Numbered from the stretch's first letter, positions 22,726-34,829 are shown. The stretch is 64,000 bases of DNA from Diplonema japonicum (GCA_964019335.1 OZ025741.1:310001-374000); one strand, 5' to 3'. The notes: generated by a model not told the origin, from the sequence alone. A program made the numbers and translations.

Positions 22726-23145
22726 TTAGAGCTTTGTGAATGCGATGCTGTTCGCCGATTCGTTCAGCATGATGTCGTACGTGCCGAAGACCCCTTCGCG
22801 GCCTATGGCGGGCCTCGTTGCGCTGCCTTTGTCTGCCCAGGCCACGGGGATGGTGGTGGACCCTGTTGTTCCCGGTTTGAGGTCCATCAGGCGTCGTGTG
22901 TAATTGACGGTGCCTGATGCCTCCGTGACGTACTGCCGGTGCGGCTCACCGGGTTTTTTTCTGTACCCCATCTCCTTCCCCGTTTCGTAAGGGAGGACGG
23001 ACATCCAGCTCCCACTGTCGATCAAAAATCGTTTCTGCTGCCATGCTCCCCCCTGACCGTGGTGGTGGTGCTGATGATGCCTTCTCACCCCAACCATGGG
23101 CATCGGCTTCCACACAACAGCATGGGGGTCCCATTCTTTCGGCAT
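22726..23145 (-). CDS. Single-domain retropepsin-like aspartyl protease (clan AA), 139 aa
   Basis: Catalytic motif FLIDSGS and downstream AIGR (hydrophobic-hydrophobic-G-R) motif. ATG at 23145 in an AAAATG context after a pyrimidine tract. Confidence 0.75.
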   Translation of the reverse strand: MPKEWDPHAVVWKPMPMVGVRRHHQHHHHGQGGAWQQKRFLIDSGSWMSVLPYETGKEMGYRKKPGEPHRQYVTEASGTVNYTRRLMDLKPGTTGSTTIPVAWADKGSATRPAIGREGVFGTYDIMLNESANSIAFTKL

Positions 23146-23220
23146 TTTCCCTTCCACCCCCACACCCCCCTTTTTGCAAATAGAGGGGAGAAAAAGAAAA
23201 AAAAGAAAAAAAAAAAATAG
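23146..23220 (-). promoter_or_regulatory. Minimal 75-nt intergenic spacer with a pyrimidine tract and downstream AG (putative trans-splice acceptor)
   Basis: Sense strand: TAG-CTATTTTTTTTTTTTCTTTTTTTTCTTTTTCTCCCCTCTATTTGCAAAAAG...AAAATG. Confidence 0.6.
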
Positions 23221-23958
23221 CTACATAACGGAGCAGCACAGCACGGAACCATCCTCGTGCACTGGTTTTCGTTTGCTGGTGTCTTCGAATTGGTTTTGGG
23301 AGCAGGGTTCGTCCTCTTCTGTTTCAGGAAGGGGTCTGTGGGTGACGATGCTGAAGTATGTGTTGTATCCAAAGGCGACTGTCCTGGTGATCACGAGCTG
23401 CGCAACGAGGTTGGAAGGGAACAGGAGGAAGGCGGTGAGGTTGCCAAGCGGCTTCACGGCGTAGCCCACGATCTGCGCCTCGCAGTAGTTCGCACGAAGA
23501 CGCGCCATGACAGTGGCAGTGGAATACGTCTGGGAAAACTCAATGGCCGCCATCGCACCTGCGTTCACAATGGGTGCAAGCACAAACTGGTTCAAAATGG
23601 TTTTTTCCAACGCCACGGTTATAGTGTGGCTGCTTCCTTGGAATATTTTATCAATGAAGCTCAGCCTTGCAAATTGTGTCAGACCTACAAAGACGGTACC
23701 CGTGACCATGTACTTCCCTGTGCGTGACCAGTTGTGCTCACGGAGAGGCTTGCCTTCAAGGCTTTGTGCGCACACGTCCGAGCCCATGCTAAAGAGGGCG
23801 CTAATGAGGCTGAACCTCCCTAGCAATACCAATAGTGTCAGCCCGGATTCGTCGTCTGTGAAGTCCATTGGGAGTAAGTCCACCTCCAAGGCCTCTGGTG
23901 ACATTGCCACATCTGGCTCCACCAAGCTTAAATACAACAGTTCTGCTTCCATTTTCAT
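23221..23958 (-). CDS. Mpv17/PMP22 family membrane protein, 245 aa
   Basis: SDVCAQ...WSRTGKY...EKTILNQFVLAP...YNTYFS pattern typical of the family; ends in CCSVM. Confidence 0.8.
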   Translation of the reverse strand: MKMEAELLYLSLVEPDVAMSPEALEVDLLPMDFTDDESGLTLLVLLGRFSLISALFSMGSDVCAQSLEGKPLREHNWSRTGKYMVTGTVFVGLTQFARLSFIDKIFQGSSHTITVALEKTILNQFVLAPIVNAGAMAAIEFSQTYSTATVMARLRANYCEAQIVGYAVKPLGNLTAFLLFPSNLVAQLVITRTVAFGYNTYFSIVTHRPLPETEEDEPCSQNQFEDTSKRKPVHEDGSVLCCSVM

Positions 23959-24046
23959 TTTTTTTTATTCCCCCCCCAAATGTGTAATCTTTTGGAAATA
24001 AAAAAAAGTTGGTATTCTTTTCTTTAGAAGAAGAAACAAAGAGAAA

Positions 24047-24077
<31 letters not shown>

Positions 24078-24633
24078 GAATAATAATAAGAAAAAAAGAT
24101 TTTTTTTTTTTTAACACGGCGGGTTAAGGGAGGGAAATTCGATAAAAGGTGGGTGGGAATGTTTCTTTTTTTTTTTTTTTTTCTTCTTGAACTGGCCACA
24201 CGCCCCTTTTTTTTTTTTTAAAAAAAAAAGAACCCTGGGGAGAAAAACAATAAAAGATTCTAAGGGGTGGGGGGAGGGGTATTTTCACGACGATGGGAGG
24301 GAAGTGATTGCAACGACCTCTCCCACACCAAGAAAACAAAAATCAAGGAGGGGAAGAATGCGAGAAGGAACCGTGTGCACTCATGCGCCAAACAAAAAAG
24401 AGCACCGGAAATTTTAAAACAAAAAAAAAAACTTTTTACTTTCATCAGTCCAAGATGGGGAAAGAAGTGTTAACAACAACTGGCCCACCAACAAAATTTG
24501 GGAACAAAAGCGGGTAATTCTAGGGAGAAGGGGAGAGGGAATCTAATTAGACAATGGGAGTGGGAAAAGGGGCTTTTTTTTTTCTTTTCTTTTTTTTTTT
24601 CCTTTTTTTTTTTCCCTTTGGCTTTTTAATTCT

Positions 24634-27343
24634 CTACCTGTAAGTTCTGTGGTTGTTTTTCGGATTTTTTTTTTTTTGAATCCCGGAAAGAATAAAAAAA
24701 AAAAAAAAACATACAAGGCCGCGGGCTGCATCTCTCTCATAGGCCCACGCTTGGGCACTGCAAGGCTCTCCACTTTGAAATCAGGTGTGCAGTACAGAGA
24801 TTGGTCGAGAAGCGCCTCCGATCTTGCAGTAATGGGAGTACGGGCTTGCTGCTGTTTATTCATTTATTTTTGTATTTTATTTTATGGCATACTGGGTAGG
24901 TGACTTCGGCATTCCTTTTGGCCATCGCCTGTTTCCTCGCGTTCATCTTCGCAAGAAGGTTGCTCGGCATTTTGTTGGCAAGTGGTTCGCTGCGATCTTG
25001 AACACCTTTCTTCGGTGCCATCGGTGCCGCTCTACTAGCAGCGCTCTTAATCGGGAAGTCCAATGGGGACGACTGCGACATGTAGCTCCCATTCACAGTC
25101 CGCAAGGGCTTTTTCCCAACACAGATCTCGACGGGGATATCCTTCTGAATGGTGGGGGGTGCCTCCGGCGACAAGGCTAGGGAGTCTCTTGCCGCGAAGT
25201 TATCATAGCCGCTGAAAGGATTCCCTGCCCCGGCACGCGCACTGAACGCAGTGGTGTCGAAGGAATCCATCGTCGTCATCTTTCTAGCAAACCTCTTCTG
25301 CTCCAGCAGGGCTGAGCTGCTGGGCTGGTACTCCTTCTTTTCCGCAAGGAACTTCTGCATGCCGCTGTACTGCTTCTTGTCAACCGGCGGCCTCCCCGTG
25401 GAGCTGCTCAGTCCCGCAGTGGCGTTCCCGAACCTCGGCTTCGTCTGACCAAACTTCGAACTCGCACCGTAGCCGCGCATGGGCTGCTCGAAGTCCGGTT
25501 CAGCCTCAAAAACACCTGTCTCTGACCTGAAGCTAGTCTGTCCAAAGCCGTCAACTGCCTTCCCGAATCCAGTCTGCTGCCCAAAGCCGGCCTGCTGCTC
25601 AAAGCTGGTCCCTGTTTGCCCGAAGCCATCCACAGACTGCCCAAAGCCAGAGGTCCCAAAGCTAGTAGCTGTTTGCTGCCCGAAGCCCTCCACGGACTGC
25701 CCAAAGCCAGAGGTCCCAAAGCTAGTAGCTGCTTGCTGCCCGAAGCCCTCCACAGACTGCCCAAAGCCACTGCTTGCTGTTTCTTGCTGCTGTCCAAAGC
25801 CATCCACAGACTGCCCGAAGCCCGCCACAGACTGCCCGAAGCCCGCCACAGACTGCCCAAAGCCACTGCTTGCCGTTTCCTGCTGTTGCCCAAAGCCACT
25901 GCTCGCCATCTGCCCAAAGCCATCCACGGGCTGTCCACCGAACACCTGCTGCTGGGCCTGTGGCTGAGCTGCTTGTTGCTGCTGTTGTGCGAGCTGAGCT
26001 TGGGCCTGAGCAGCTTGAGCCTGAGCTTGGGCATGGGCCTGTGCTTGGGCCTGCGCTGCTTGGGCTTGGGCTTGGGCTTGGACTTGGGCTTGGGCCTGGG
26101 CCTGAGCTGCTTGCTGGGCTTGAGCTTGTACCTGAGCCTGTGCTGCTTTCTGGGCCTCAGCTTGCTGTTGTTGGGCCTGCATTGCCTGCTGTGCTTGTTG
26201 CATCTGCTGCTGCTGTTGCACCAGCTGCTGTCTCTGCTGTGTCGTGTGCGCCTCAAACTGTGCCTGACGCGTCTCGAACTCTTGTTGGCGTTGAAGCTGC
26301 TGCTGCGCTTGCTTGTCCAGTTGCTCCTGCAACTTCTGCTGCTGCGTCAGCTGGTCGTGAATGTACTGTTGCTGTTGCTGGAGTACTTGCTGCTGCGCCT
26401 GCTGCTGCTGCTGTTGGCGTTGGATGCAGGCCAAGGTCTCGCTCTGGGCTGCTTGAATGGCTTGGGGGGCACCCGAAAAGGGTGGAGCAGGGTTTCGGAT
26501 GGGGGTGGCAGCGGGCTCGTCAGACGACTTGCGCATACCGAAGTTGGAAGTCGGTACTGCAGGCGGAGCAGGCTCAGCATCAGAGATGGCGTACTTCTTG
26601 CTGCTGAAATTGGGTTTGGTGGCCTCAACAGGGGCGATGTAGGGGACCTTCTTGGCAACAGGCTCGCAGGGGGGGCTCTTGGGCTTAATAGGCTCAGGGG
26701 TCACAGAACGCTTCTTTGCGTTGAGATCGAAGTTGACCTTCTTGCTGCCTTCGGGGGCAGGGGCGTCCGCAGGAAGTGGCTTCTTGCTGACAACAGGCTT
26801 TTCTTCTTTAGGGAAGAACGGGGAGCGGAGGATGCGAGCGTCAGGGCACACGGAACGGAGCTTCCCTGGTGTCATGTACTTGGAGACAGTGGAGCGAAGG
26901 GTTTTGACAGGTGTCTCGAGGAAGTTCCAGCTGATGGGTTGGGTCGGGAAGGGTACACGACTGGCCTGCTTGGTGGTCTTTTGAAATAGTTGGTCGAAGT
27001 GCTTCTCCTCTGACGGCTTTCTCGCAAAGGTAGGACGCTGTTGGGGGCTCACAGGAGGCAACTTCTCTTTCCTGGCAAGGCTGGAACCTCTGCTTGTCTT
27101 TTCCGCCTTCTTCTCCCTCTGCTTACCAGTAGCCAGGCTGTGGGCGTCAAGAGCAGCTTCCTTCAGTGCTACGCAGGCCTTCATCACCCACGGTGAAATT
27201 TTCACGCACAACTGCACCGTTGGCCTGCCTAATGCATACACCCCCTCAACAATCTGGTCTTTCATCAGAAATACCCATCCGATGACCAGCAGAATCGGCC
27301 ACAGGCCGTCACTGCCAAACAGGGCATATCCGTCGGCGCCCAT
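24634..27343 (-). CDS. N-terminally membrane-anchored Q-rich/GFGQ-repeat protein (FG-nucleoporin-like), ~866 aa (intron 24852-24892; probable intron 24647-24714)
   Basis: Hydrophobic LWPILLVIGWVFLM near the N-terminus, Q/QA-rich tract, many GFGQ repeats. Intron GTATGC...AAACAG joins ORF 24543..24863 in frame. The last exon is uncertain. Confidence 0.7.
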
Positions 27344-27843
27344 TGGTTATTTTTTTTTGTTTCTTCTATTCTATTTAACTGAAGGAAAAAGGTTTTACGA
27401 AGAAAAATAGGGGGGAAATGGGGAGGGAAAAGAGCAGGACAGTGGGGACAGGAGAAGGACGAGACGAGACCATTTTCTGTTTTTTTTTTCTTTTTCTTCT
27501 CTTCTTCTTTTTTTTTTTTTTTTTTTTTTAAACCGGAGCGGGGGAGGGGGAGGGGGGGGAAACAAATGGGAAAGAAATCCAATAATATAAAAATAGAAAA
27601 GAGGGGGAGGGGGAAATAGAAAAAAAAAGGAAGATACTGACAATAAAAAACCCTCCCTTTTTTTTTCTTCCTTTCTTTCTTCTTTTCTTTTACCCTCTTT
27701 CTTTTTTTTTTTTTTTTTTTCACACTCCCTCAGAATTTTCCACTCGTTGCACAACAAAGAAAACTTCTTTTTTTCCTCTACTTTATTTTTGTCCCCCCTT
27801 CTGTTCTTATTTCTTTTTTTTTTTAGGACAGTTTCGAAACCCC

Positions 27844-30800
27844 TCAAAAACAACTGTCATCAAGGGCACGGCATAGAGCACGTGTTTTAACGGTCCTAAG
27901 CTGCTTGGCAATGGCATTGACCTGTGAATGATTTCTCTTTCTCTTTTCCCTCTTCAACATACCTTGCTAGCAATCTGCTGGCACGCAATGGCATTTTCAA
28001 ACGTCAGTGTGCAGCTAAACGACTTGCATCTCAGGCTCATTCTATTATTTTTTTTCCTTAAAATACCCCCTCCCCCCTCCCCTTCCACACCTATATGTCA
28101 ATCTAGCATCAACGTGTGCCAACGTGCTGAACAAAGGGCACACTGCCATGATTTTAGCAACTTGAGGCTGCTGCGCTTGAACAGGAAGATCTTGTAAAAG
28201 GACAAGTTCAGTGTCGGTAATGGCAATGAACAGAACGGAGCCCTGTTGTTGTTGTTGCGTTTTTTTTTTTTTTTTTTTTTTTTCCTTGCCCCCTCTCCTC
28301 ATACTATGTGTGTATTGAACTCTTTAGAAGCGAACTGGCTCTCCTGTGCCACCCATGGCTGCGGACAAAGTTGGCATCTCACCAAGCCAGGTATGGTCGC
28401 TTTTCCGATGTCCTCCCCGAGATGCTTGAGGTGCAGCCCGTTGTCAGGCACCTTCAAGCACTCCTCAAGGGTGTTCTCACGCCCTGCGAGTTTGAAGATA
28501 AGCTTCCTTATCAGCAAGAAAGCTACCGCCTCGACCTTCGCAAGCTCGTCCTCGTCGCACGGGCACCTCTCTTCCAAAGGTGTTCTCACCAGCCATTCCG
28601 GCATTTTGCCGGCTTCTTTCTCGGGTACTTCTGGCAGGATGCGCTGAAGGATGGTTTCCCCCACGCTGTTCCACATGCTGATCCATCCCTCCACAGGCCG
28701 CGAAATCCTGCATCGCCTGTGTCTTATCTCCACGATCTCCACAGTGCAGTGCTGCTTCAGGCGTACTAACAGCTTTGAATCCATAGCCTCGTCTTGGCGT
28801 ACCATAGCACCGCTCTTCCCGATCACCCTGAAGGCACCTGGTTCTGCGATAGGTTTCTGTGCCAACGGCGACGCGGGAGCTGAGTCAGCAGCGCTTCCCG
28901 GCGACTCAGGGATATCGAGTGACGGCCTGCAGGAAGGCGGCGGCGTTGCGGAGTCCTCCATACTGCTCATGTCCAGCAACGGAAGGATGAGACTCGGACG
29001 AGTGAGGAGATGCTTGGGTCGGGAATTGCTAAGGTCACGATGCTGCGGCACCTTGTTGGAGAGGTACAGGAACAGAACCTCCAGAGGGTCCATGATGGCG
29101 CGGCCCTCGGTGGTGACAACGTCTTTCGTGACACTGCTGCCGCGCGACCTTGGTGAGGGAGTGGTGGATGCTGACGCGGCTTGTGTTGCCGCTGGCTGGG
29201 CCTGCCCCGTCAAAGGCGGCGGTGCCTTGACAACGCCCTGTTGCGCAGGCTTCTCGTGTATTTCCTCTTTGATGGTCTCGAACCTTCTCCGCAGTATGCA
29301 GCAGCTGGTTCGGTACAAGTCCCGTAGCAGGCATGCGTGGTATTTGCTGAGCTGCACAGGTTCATCGGTCCCCACAAGCTCCACTAGACACCGTGATACA
29401 GTCTCGAAGGTCTCAAGCCTGCCGCAGCGTGGGATGGCTCGTATCGCGTGGCACAACCACAGCAGCAGCTGCCCGACCACGACGTGGGAGTAGACGTAGT
29501 CTGCGGGGTCCTCTGCTTCCTCGCACTGAGGAACCGCCGGCAGAGCACATGATTCGGTGAGGAATGTTGGCATATCACTATCCTCGGCAGGTTCTTCATC
29601 TTTTTGCTCACCCTTTTTGGTGCTGAAGACCATTTCTGTCTTGTCTTCTATTATGCCCTGGTGCTTCCTAGGTATCAGCCCTGCGACGCCCTGCATGTCC
29701 CGTGTGAGGCGTCCTTCAAGCATCCCGTACACAAGGTTGATGCCCGTCACGTTGTGCCTGAGGTCCTCGCACGACCACTCCAAGATGCTCCTCAACCAGC
29801 TGCCGTCCGAGACGGGCAGGGGCTCTTCCTCACTCTCCTCGTCTTGTTCTGTTGCTTGTTTGTCTTCTTTTTCATCTTCTTTCGTGTTCTCGGGAACCTC
29901 TTCTCTTGTGGAACCCGCTTCAAGCACTTCTTCCTTGGGTACTGAATCTGCGTCTGCTTCTTCCTCAGGTACTACTTCCTCCTGGGGTACTGGGTCAGCT
30001 TCTGCTTCTTCCTTGGGTACTACTTCTTCCTTGAGTTCGGTTTCTTCCTTAGGTGCTTCCTCCTTAGGTGCTTCCTCCTGGGGTACTGAATCTGCTTCTG
30101 CTTCTTCCATTGGTGCCGTTTCTTGGGGTACGGAGTCTGCTTCTATATCCGCCACCGTCTCTTCTTTAAGAGACCGTTCTTGTTCAACTGTCTCAGTGGC
30201 CGTTGGTTCTTCTTCATTTTTACTTTCCCCGACCACTGCTACTTTTGCTTCCTTCTCAGATTCATCCCCGACCACTGCTACTTTTGCTTCTTCGCAGGGC
30301 TCGGCAACGGCTTCTGCTTCTTCAACCTCTTTGCTGCCCGAGGCGCTTAAATTTCCGTTCGGCATTTCTATTTCCTCCTTGGCAGGTTGGGGTGCCACGA
30401 TCTGTGCTTCACAAGGTGTTGACCCGCAGGATTCGGTGCAGTGGGCTGCGTCTTCGGAGGTATCGAAGTGCTTCACAGAAACAGGGGGGAGGGGCGGGGG
30501 CTTTCTTATCTTACATTTGGGCGTGAAGCCACACAGTGACATTATGATGATGGTGAGGAATTCCCTGTCCGCGGTGGCCAGAATCCACTGGGTGGCGGTT
30601 GTTGCTGCGATGTATCTAGGAACGGCAGCACTGCTGCGTGGGTCGCCGTGGATGGACGCGGAAAGAAGGCTGGTGAATTCCAATGTGTGCAAGTAGAGAG
30701 AGTAAAGCAGTTTTGGCTTTTTAAGCTGCAGCAAATCGTTGAAATAATACATGTCATCCATCACGTCTTCGATCGCAGAACCCACGACAGCCAGCGTGGG

Positions 30801-31553
30801 CGGCAGGAAAACCGCGGGAAAAGCGTCGGGTTTGATTAAATGATTCATGGCCTCCTCATATCTGGTACTGAAGGAGTCCAGCTTCGTCAGCTGATCTTTA
30901 AAAATTCGGAACACAGTTTTTAAGTACTCCGCGGTGTTCACAACGTAGTTCAATACGTAATCGTCTTCCACTTTGCACATGTGGACCACGATGGCTCGGG
31001 CTGCGGTTCGAACGAGGGCTTCCTGATGGGAAAGGAATTTGCTTGATGCGGTGTAAAGTGGAAAGGTGTCGGTGTCCCTGTTGTAAAAGCATTGTATGGT
31101 GCTGACATCGAGTCGTAGTGAAAGGGATTTCAAAAAGTTTATAAAGTTGTTGAGAAGCTCTTCGTCCTCTTCGAGCCCTAGACCGTCGTGCATTATAAGG
31201 TTGTTGATGTGATTCTCAGAGAGGAGGTAAAAGATTGACATGTGCGATTTGAGGTTTTGGACGAGAATGTAGAGAGTTTGCGTCAGTTGAATCTTCACCT
31301 CGGAAGGGATTTGCATGCACAGGAGTTCGGTCAAAAACGGCAACATGTTCTTCTCGAGGAAAATGTAGAAGATTTTCTCGTCGTGGATGTCTCCCCACAC
31401 GATGATCTCCGCCATCTGGCGCACAGCCTCCACAACTACATCCTGGCGCACGTTGTTCGTGTTCTCGAAGTACTTGACAACGGTGCCGCAGAGCCCGCTG
31501 AGGTACTCTGGTGTTAGTTTGTTCTTTTTACCCCCGGCCCACCATGAAGGCAT
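27844..31553 (-). CDS. CLEC16A: CLEC16A/TT9 (FPL-domain) endolysosomal/autophagy protein (introns 28243-28304, 28042-28090, 27922-27962)
   Basis: VEAVRQMAEIIVWGD...FLEKNML...IFYLLSENHINNLI...FLKSLSLRL...FPLY...VRTAAR is the FPL domain. Three GT-AG introns extend the frame to TGA at 27844. Confidence 0.88.
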
Positions 31554-31767
31554 TTTTTTTTTGGGCCCCCCCGACCCACCTCCTTTTTTTTTTATGTTTT
31601 TTTTTTTATTAGTAAGAAAAGAAAAAGTAAAAGAAAAAAAAGAAGGAAAACGGATCCATAAGGTAACGGAAACAAACAGGGAAAAGAGAAGAAGAAGAAA
31701 AAAAAAGTGTCGGTCCTTTGTTCAGTTCGACATTTTTTCTCTCCCCCCTTCTCTTTTCCCCATTCAC

Positions 31768-31802
<35 letters not shown>

Positions 31803-31880
31803 AGTTTTTTTTTTTTCTCCCTCTTTCTTTTGCCATTCTGGAAGATGGATGGCAAATCGACGACACAAAAAAAAAAAAAA

Positions 31881-32020
31881 TAATTCTTTATGACTATATG
31901 TCTTTGTTGTTCGCACGAGCAAAAAAGGTTTTTTAAAAAGCTGCGAAAGTTTTTTGCTCGGCACAAGTTGCATATAGTTATAAAATCATTTTTTTGAAAG
32001 ATAAATATTTGTAACAAAAA
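31881..32020. repeat. Dispersed imperfect-hairpin repeat (empty copy of the piggyBac target element)
   Basis: TTTATGACTATATG...GCACGAGCAAAAAA pairs with TTTTTGCTCGGCAC...CATATAGTTATAAA. The same sequence flanks the piggyBac at ~46897-46960 and 48615-48708. Confidence 0.85.
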
Positions 32021-32227
32021 TAAAAAAAAGTCAGTTCTTAAAAAGCATTTTGTGCACCGTGCACAAAAAATCCTAACATAGTGTGTGCAGTGCAAATACG
32101 TTCTTTCCACTAAGGTGCTACCAGTGGTGATCGACGAGGATTGTCAACAACAAGCGAAAACAACGACACCACCACCAACAAATAAAAAAAAAAAAAAATT
32201 GGGTCGCCCAAAATAAAGGGGTCCTTC

Positions 32228-32258
<31 letters not shown>

Positions 32259-32265
32259 CCCCCGC

Positions 32266-33834
32266 TCAAACAATATTCGAAGGAACTTCATGAAGCAAGG
32301 CGGCCTTTACAAAGTTGAGGTATTTTCCGGTGAGGCCGTATCTCGACCATGTGAGGATCTCGAGGACCGTGAAGACGATCGGGACCACGAATGTGAGAGA
32401 AAGCACGCAGAGCCAAAGGTCCAACGAACCCGACGCCCTGGAAATGTAATAATACCCAACCATAGGTGCCAACGACTGAGCAGGCTTGGTGATCAACGCT
32501 ACCGACCCGAATATCATGGAAGACATCAGATGCTTGCGCTTGTTTAAAATACAGTCTTCGTCGATTAAGTCTGTGATGAGAAGCGGTTGCAACCTACAAA
32601 CATTTTCCGTCAGAATTCTGTTGAGCAACCATGTGACAGTCAGGACAAACCCGAGCATACCAGCAGAGTGCACATCAGGTTCCACAACAGTGTGGATCGC
32701 AGTCAGTTTTGGTGTTGCTGAAGATGCGTGCTCACCCATAATAACCTTCACCATCGCAACACCATTTTCGCTCAATCCGTGTGTATCATGTCCCATCACA
32801 CCCATCGCGGTAGTTCTTAATATTCCCGACACCGCGTATAAACCTACAATGGCAACGGTTAGCCTTGCAACGAACAGCCACATTACAACGGTTTTTTTGC
32901 TGTGGTGTCTTAAAATAGGTGTGACAGCCATGGTACCAAGGTGCGGAAAGATGAAGGAGGCGTATAGCACCGCGGATTGCACTGCGGGGGAAAGGTACCC
33001 CCCGACCAGAATGGTGAGGAACATGGAGAAGAAATTCGTTGTGAATGTGCAAGCGAACTGCTGCAGCAAACCCATCGCTGCGAACGACCATAAATTCTTG
33101 TGCTTCAACGCCTGCCTTGCGAAGGTTACAATAGAAGGTGTCTCACCCTTAACATCCTGCGCCACCCCGTTCTGTTCGATATGCCCAGCAGACTCGTCTA
33201 TGTAAGGCGACGAACATGTTATGTGAAACCCTACACACGATACCGCAGCAGCCGCCACAGCGAAATATCGGAAAGCGGTCATATCAGATGGGTTCCAAAA
33301 GAGATGTCCCAGGAATATTGCGGCAGATCCGGCAATTTGACAGCCGGCGCCGTACATATTGCATCTTTCACGTTCTTTGTTGTCAGGCGTCATGTCAGCT
33401 AGTAGAGCTTGATGGTTGACGAGGGTGACGGAGAGCCAACCGTCATAACATATCAGTACCACTATTAAGTGGATCCCTGCGAGAAATGGTGATTCTGTAC
33501 CGACGCCCCACGGGAACCAGCACATCATGAAGGATGCAGCCCATAGTGGGCCGGCTTGCTTGATGCGGGGGATGCGTCGGGAGTAGCCGCCTTTTGAGTT
33601 TTTCAGAGCGCGTGTGTCTGCCCACCAGCCGCATGCTGGATCGTTGAAGCTATTCCATATGCAGTATACAACCTGTGCTGCCATGAACCAGCTTTCCGTG
33701 ACTTTTGATACGCTCAGAGCCATCTCTACATAGTAGGTTATGAAGACGTTGTTCAGAACGGCTGCTGAAAAGTTGGTCATCCCGTATGCCAGGGCTCGCT
33801 TTTTGTTTCTGTCCATTTCGCGGAATTTTTCCAT
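32266..33834 (-). CDS. MFSD13A: MFS transporter, TMEM180/MFSD13A-like, 522 aa
   Basis: LNNVFITYYVE...WNSFNDPACGWWAD...YDGWLSVTLVNHQALLAD...LITDLIDED...TKPAQSLAP. ATG at 33834 after a poly-A run. Confidence 0.85.
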   Translation of the reverse strand: MEKFREMDRNKKRALAYGMTNFSAAVLNNVFITYYVEMALSVSKVTESWFMAAQVVYCIWNSFNDPACGWWADTRALKNSKGGYSRRIPRIKQAGPLWAASFMMCWFPWGVGTESPFLAGIHLIVVLICYDGWLSVTLVNHQALLADMTPDNKERERCNMYGAGCQIAGSAAIFLGHLFWNPSDMTAFRYFAVAAAAVSCVGFHITCSSPYIDESAGHIEQNGVAQDVKGETPSIVTFARQALKHKNLWSFAAMGLLQQFACTFTTNFFSMFLTILVGGYLSPAVQSAVLYASFIFPHLGTMAVTPILRHHSKKTVVMWLFVARLTVAIVGLYAVSGILRTTAMGVMGHDTHGLSENGVAMVKVIMGEHASSATPKLTAIHTVVEPDVHSAGMLGFVLTVTWLLNRILTENVCRLQPLLITDLIDEDCILNKRKHLMSSMIFGSVALITKPAQSLAPMVGYYYISRASGSLDLWLCVLSLTFVVPIVFTVLEILTWSRYGLTGKYLNFVKAALLHEVPSNIV

Positions 33835-33894
33835 TTTTTTTTTTGGGATGGGGGTGGGGGCCCCCCTGATTTTTTTTTTTTTTTTTTTTTTTTG

Positions 33895-34290
33895 AAGATC
33901 GGGTCGGGCGGAGATGGCTTTCAAGGGACACAGGCTGGACCCATGCTCAGTACCCGCGTACCGCAGGATCACGATTTGCGCGGATAATGAGAAGCGACGA
34001 GTCCAGGTCGCTCGTCAGGACGTGCAGAGACAAATACAAGGAGGCCGACCGAAGTTTTCCTATTCCATCCTAAGGCCATCAAGGACACGGTCGAGGGGCG
34101 AATACCGGTCGAGAGGAGTAGCCCCCTTACGAAGCCGTTGTAATAACCCAACGTGCGTAGGGAGTGGACAGAATTTACCGTCGCAGCTGTGAGATGAGGG
34201 GCCCAATGCGCTTACTGGTGTGGATGCGTTCTAGTGCCGCTGTCACCCGGCCTATGACACGCGCACTCACTTTGATGTCCTCACCCTCCT
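33895..34290. other. GC-balanced non-coding island sharing motifs with 42110-42545
   Basis: 32-nt identity at 34015-34046 and 42335-42366, plus shorter shared motifs; no credible ORF. Confidence 0.6.
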
Positions 34291-34554
34291 CACAAAATTT
34301 CTTTTTTCTTTTTTTTTTTTTTTTTTTTGAAAAACCCAAAGAAAAAAAAAGGGGGGCAAAAAAAAAAGAAGAAGGAAAAAAAAGGGCGTGGGGGGGGGGG
34401 GGGGGGGGAAGGGTAAACATTTGGACATATTTCATAGCAAGATCAAAACGAAAGAAAAAAATTTTTGGAGAGGGGGGGGAAAAAAAAGAAAAGAGCGGGG
34501 TGAAAGAGAAAAAAAAAGGGGGAAAAAAAGGGCCACTAAGTAGGCTAAGGGGTT

Positions 34555-34591
<37 letters not shown>

Positions 34592-34793
34592 GATCGTCGC
34601 CAGAATAGGTGGTCGTGACTGTGAGGGGTGTCCAAGACCTCAATTCTCCCCCAAGAATAGAGAAAAAAGATTTGGGAAGAAAAGCATTTTTCTTTTCTTT
34701 TTTTCCGAATCTAACGAACTAACGTACCATATGGGGGGGGGGGGGGGGGGGGGGCAGACTGGCAGAATACCTTAAACTGACTTCAAACACAGT

Positions 34794-34829
<36 letters not shown>

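Noticed and set aside
33985-34020. Hammerhead ribozyme (CTGACGA plus hairpin on the minus strand)
   Set aside because: The required GAAA after stem II is absent.
33914-34192. Plus-strand ORFs sharing QDVQRQIQGG (also 42297-42524)
   Set aside because: Similarity is limited to the exact DNA 32-mer; the ORFs oppose the cluster strand and share nothing else.
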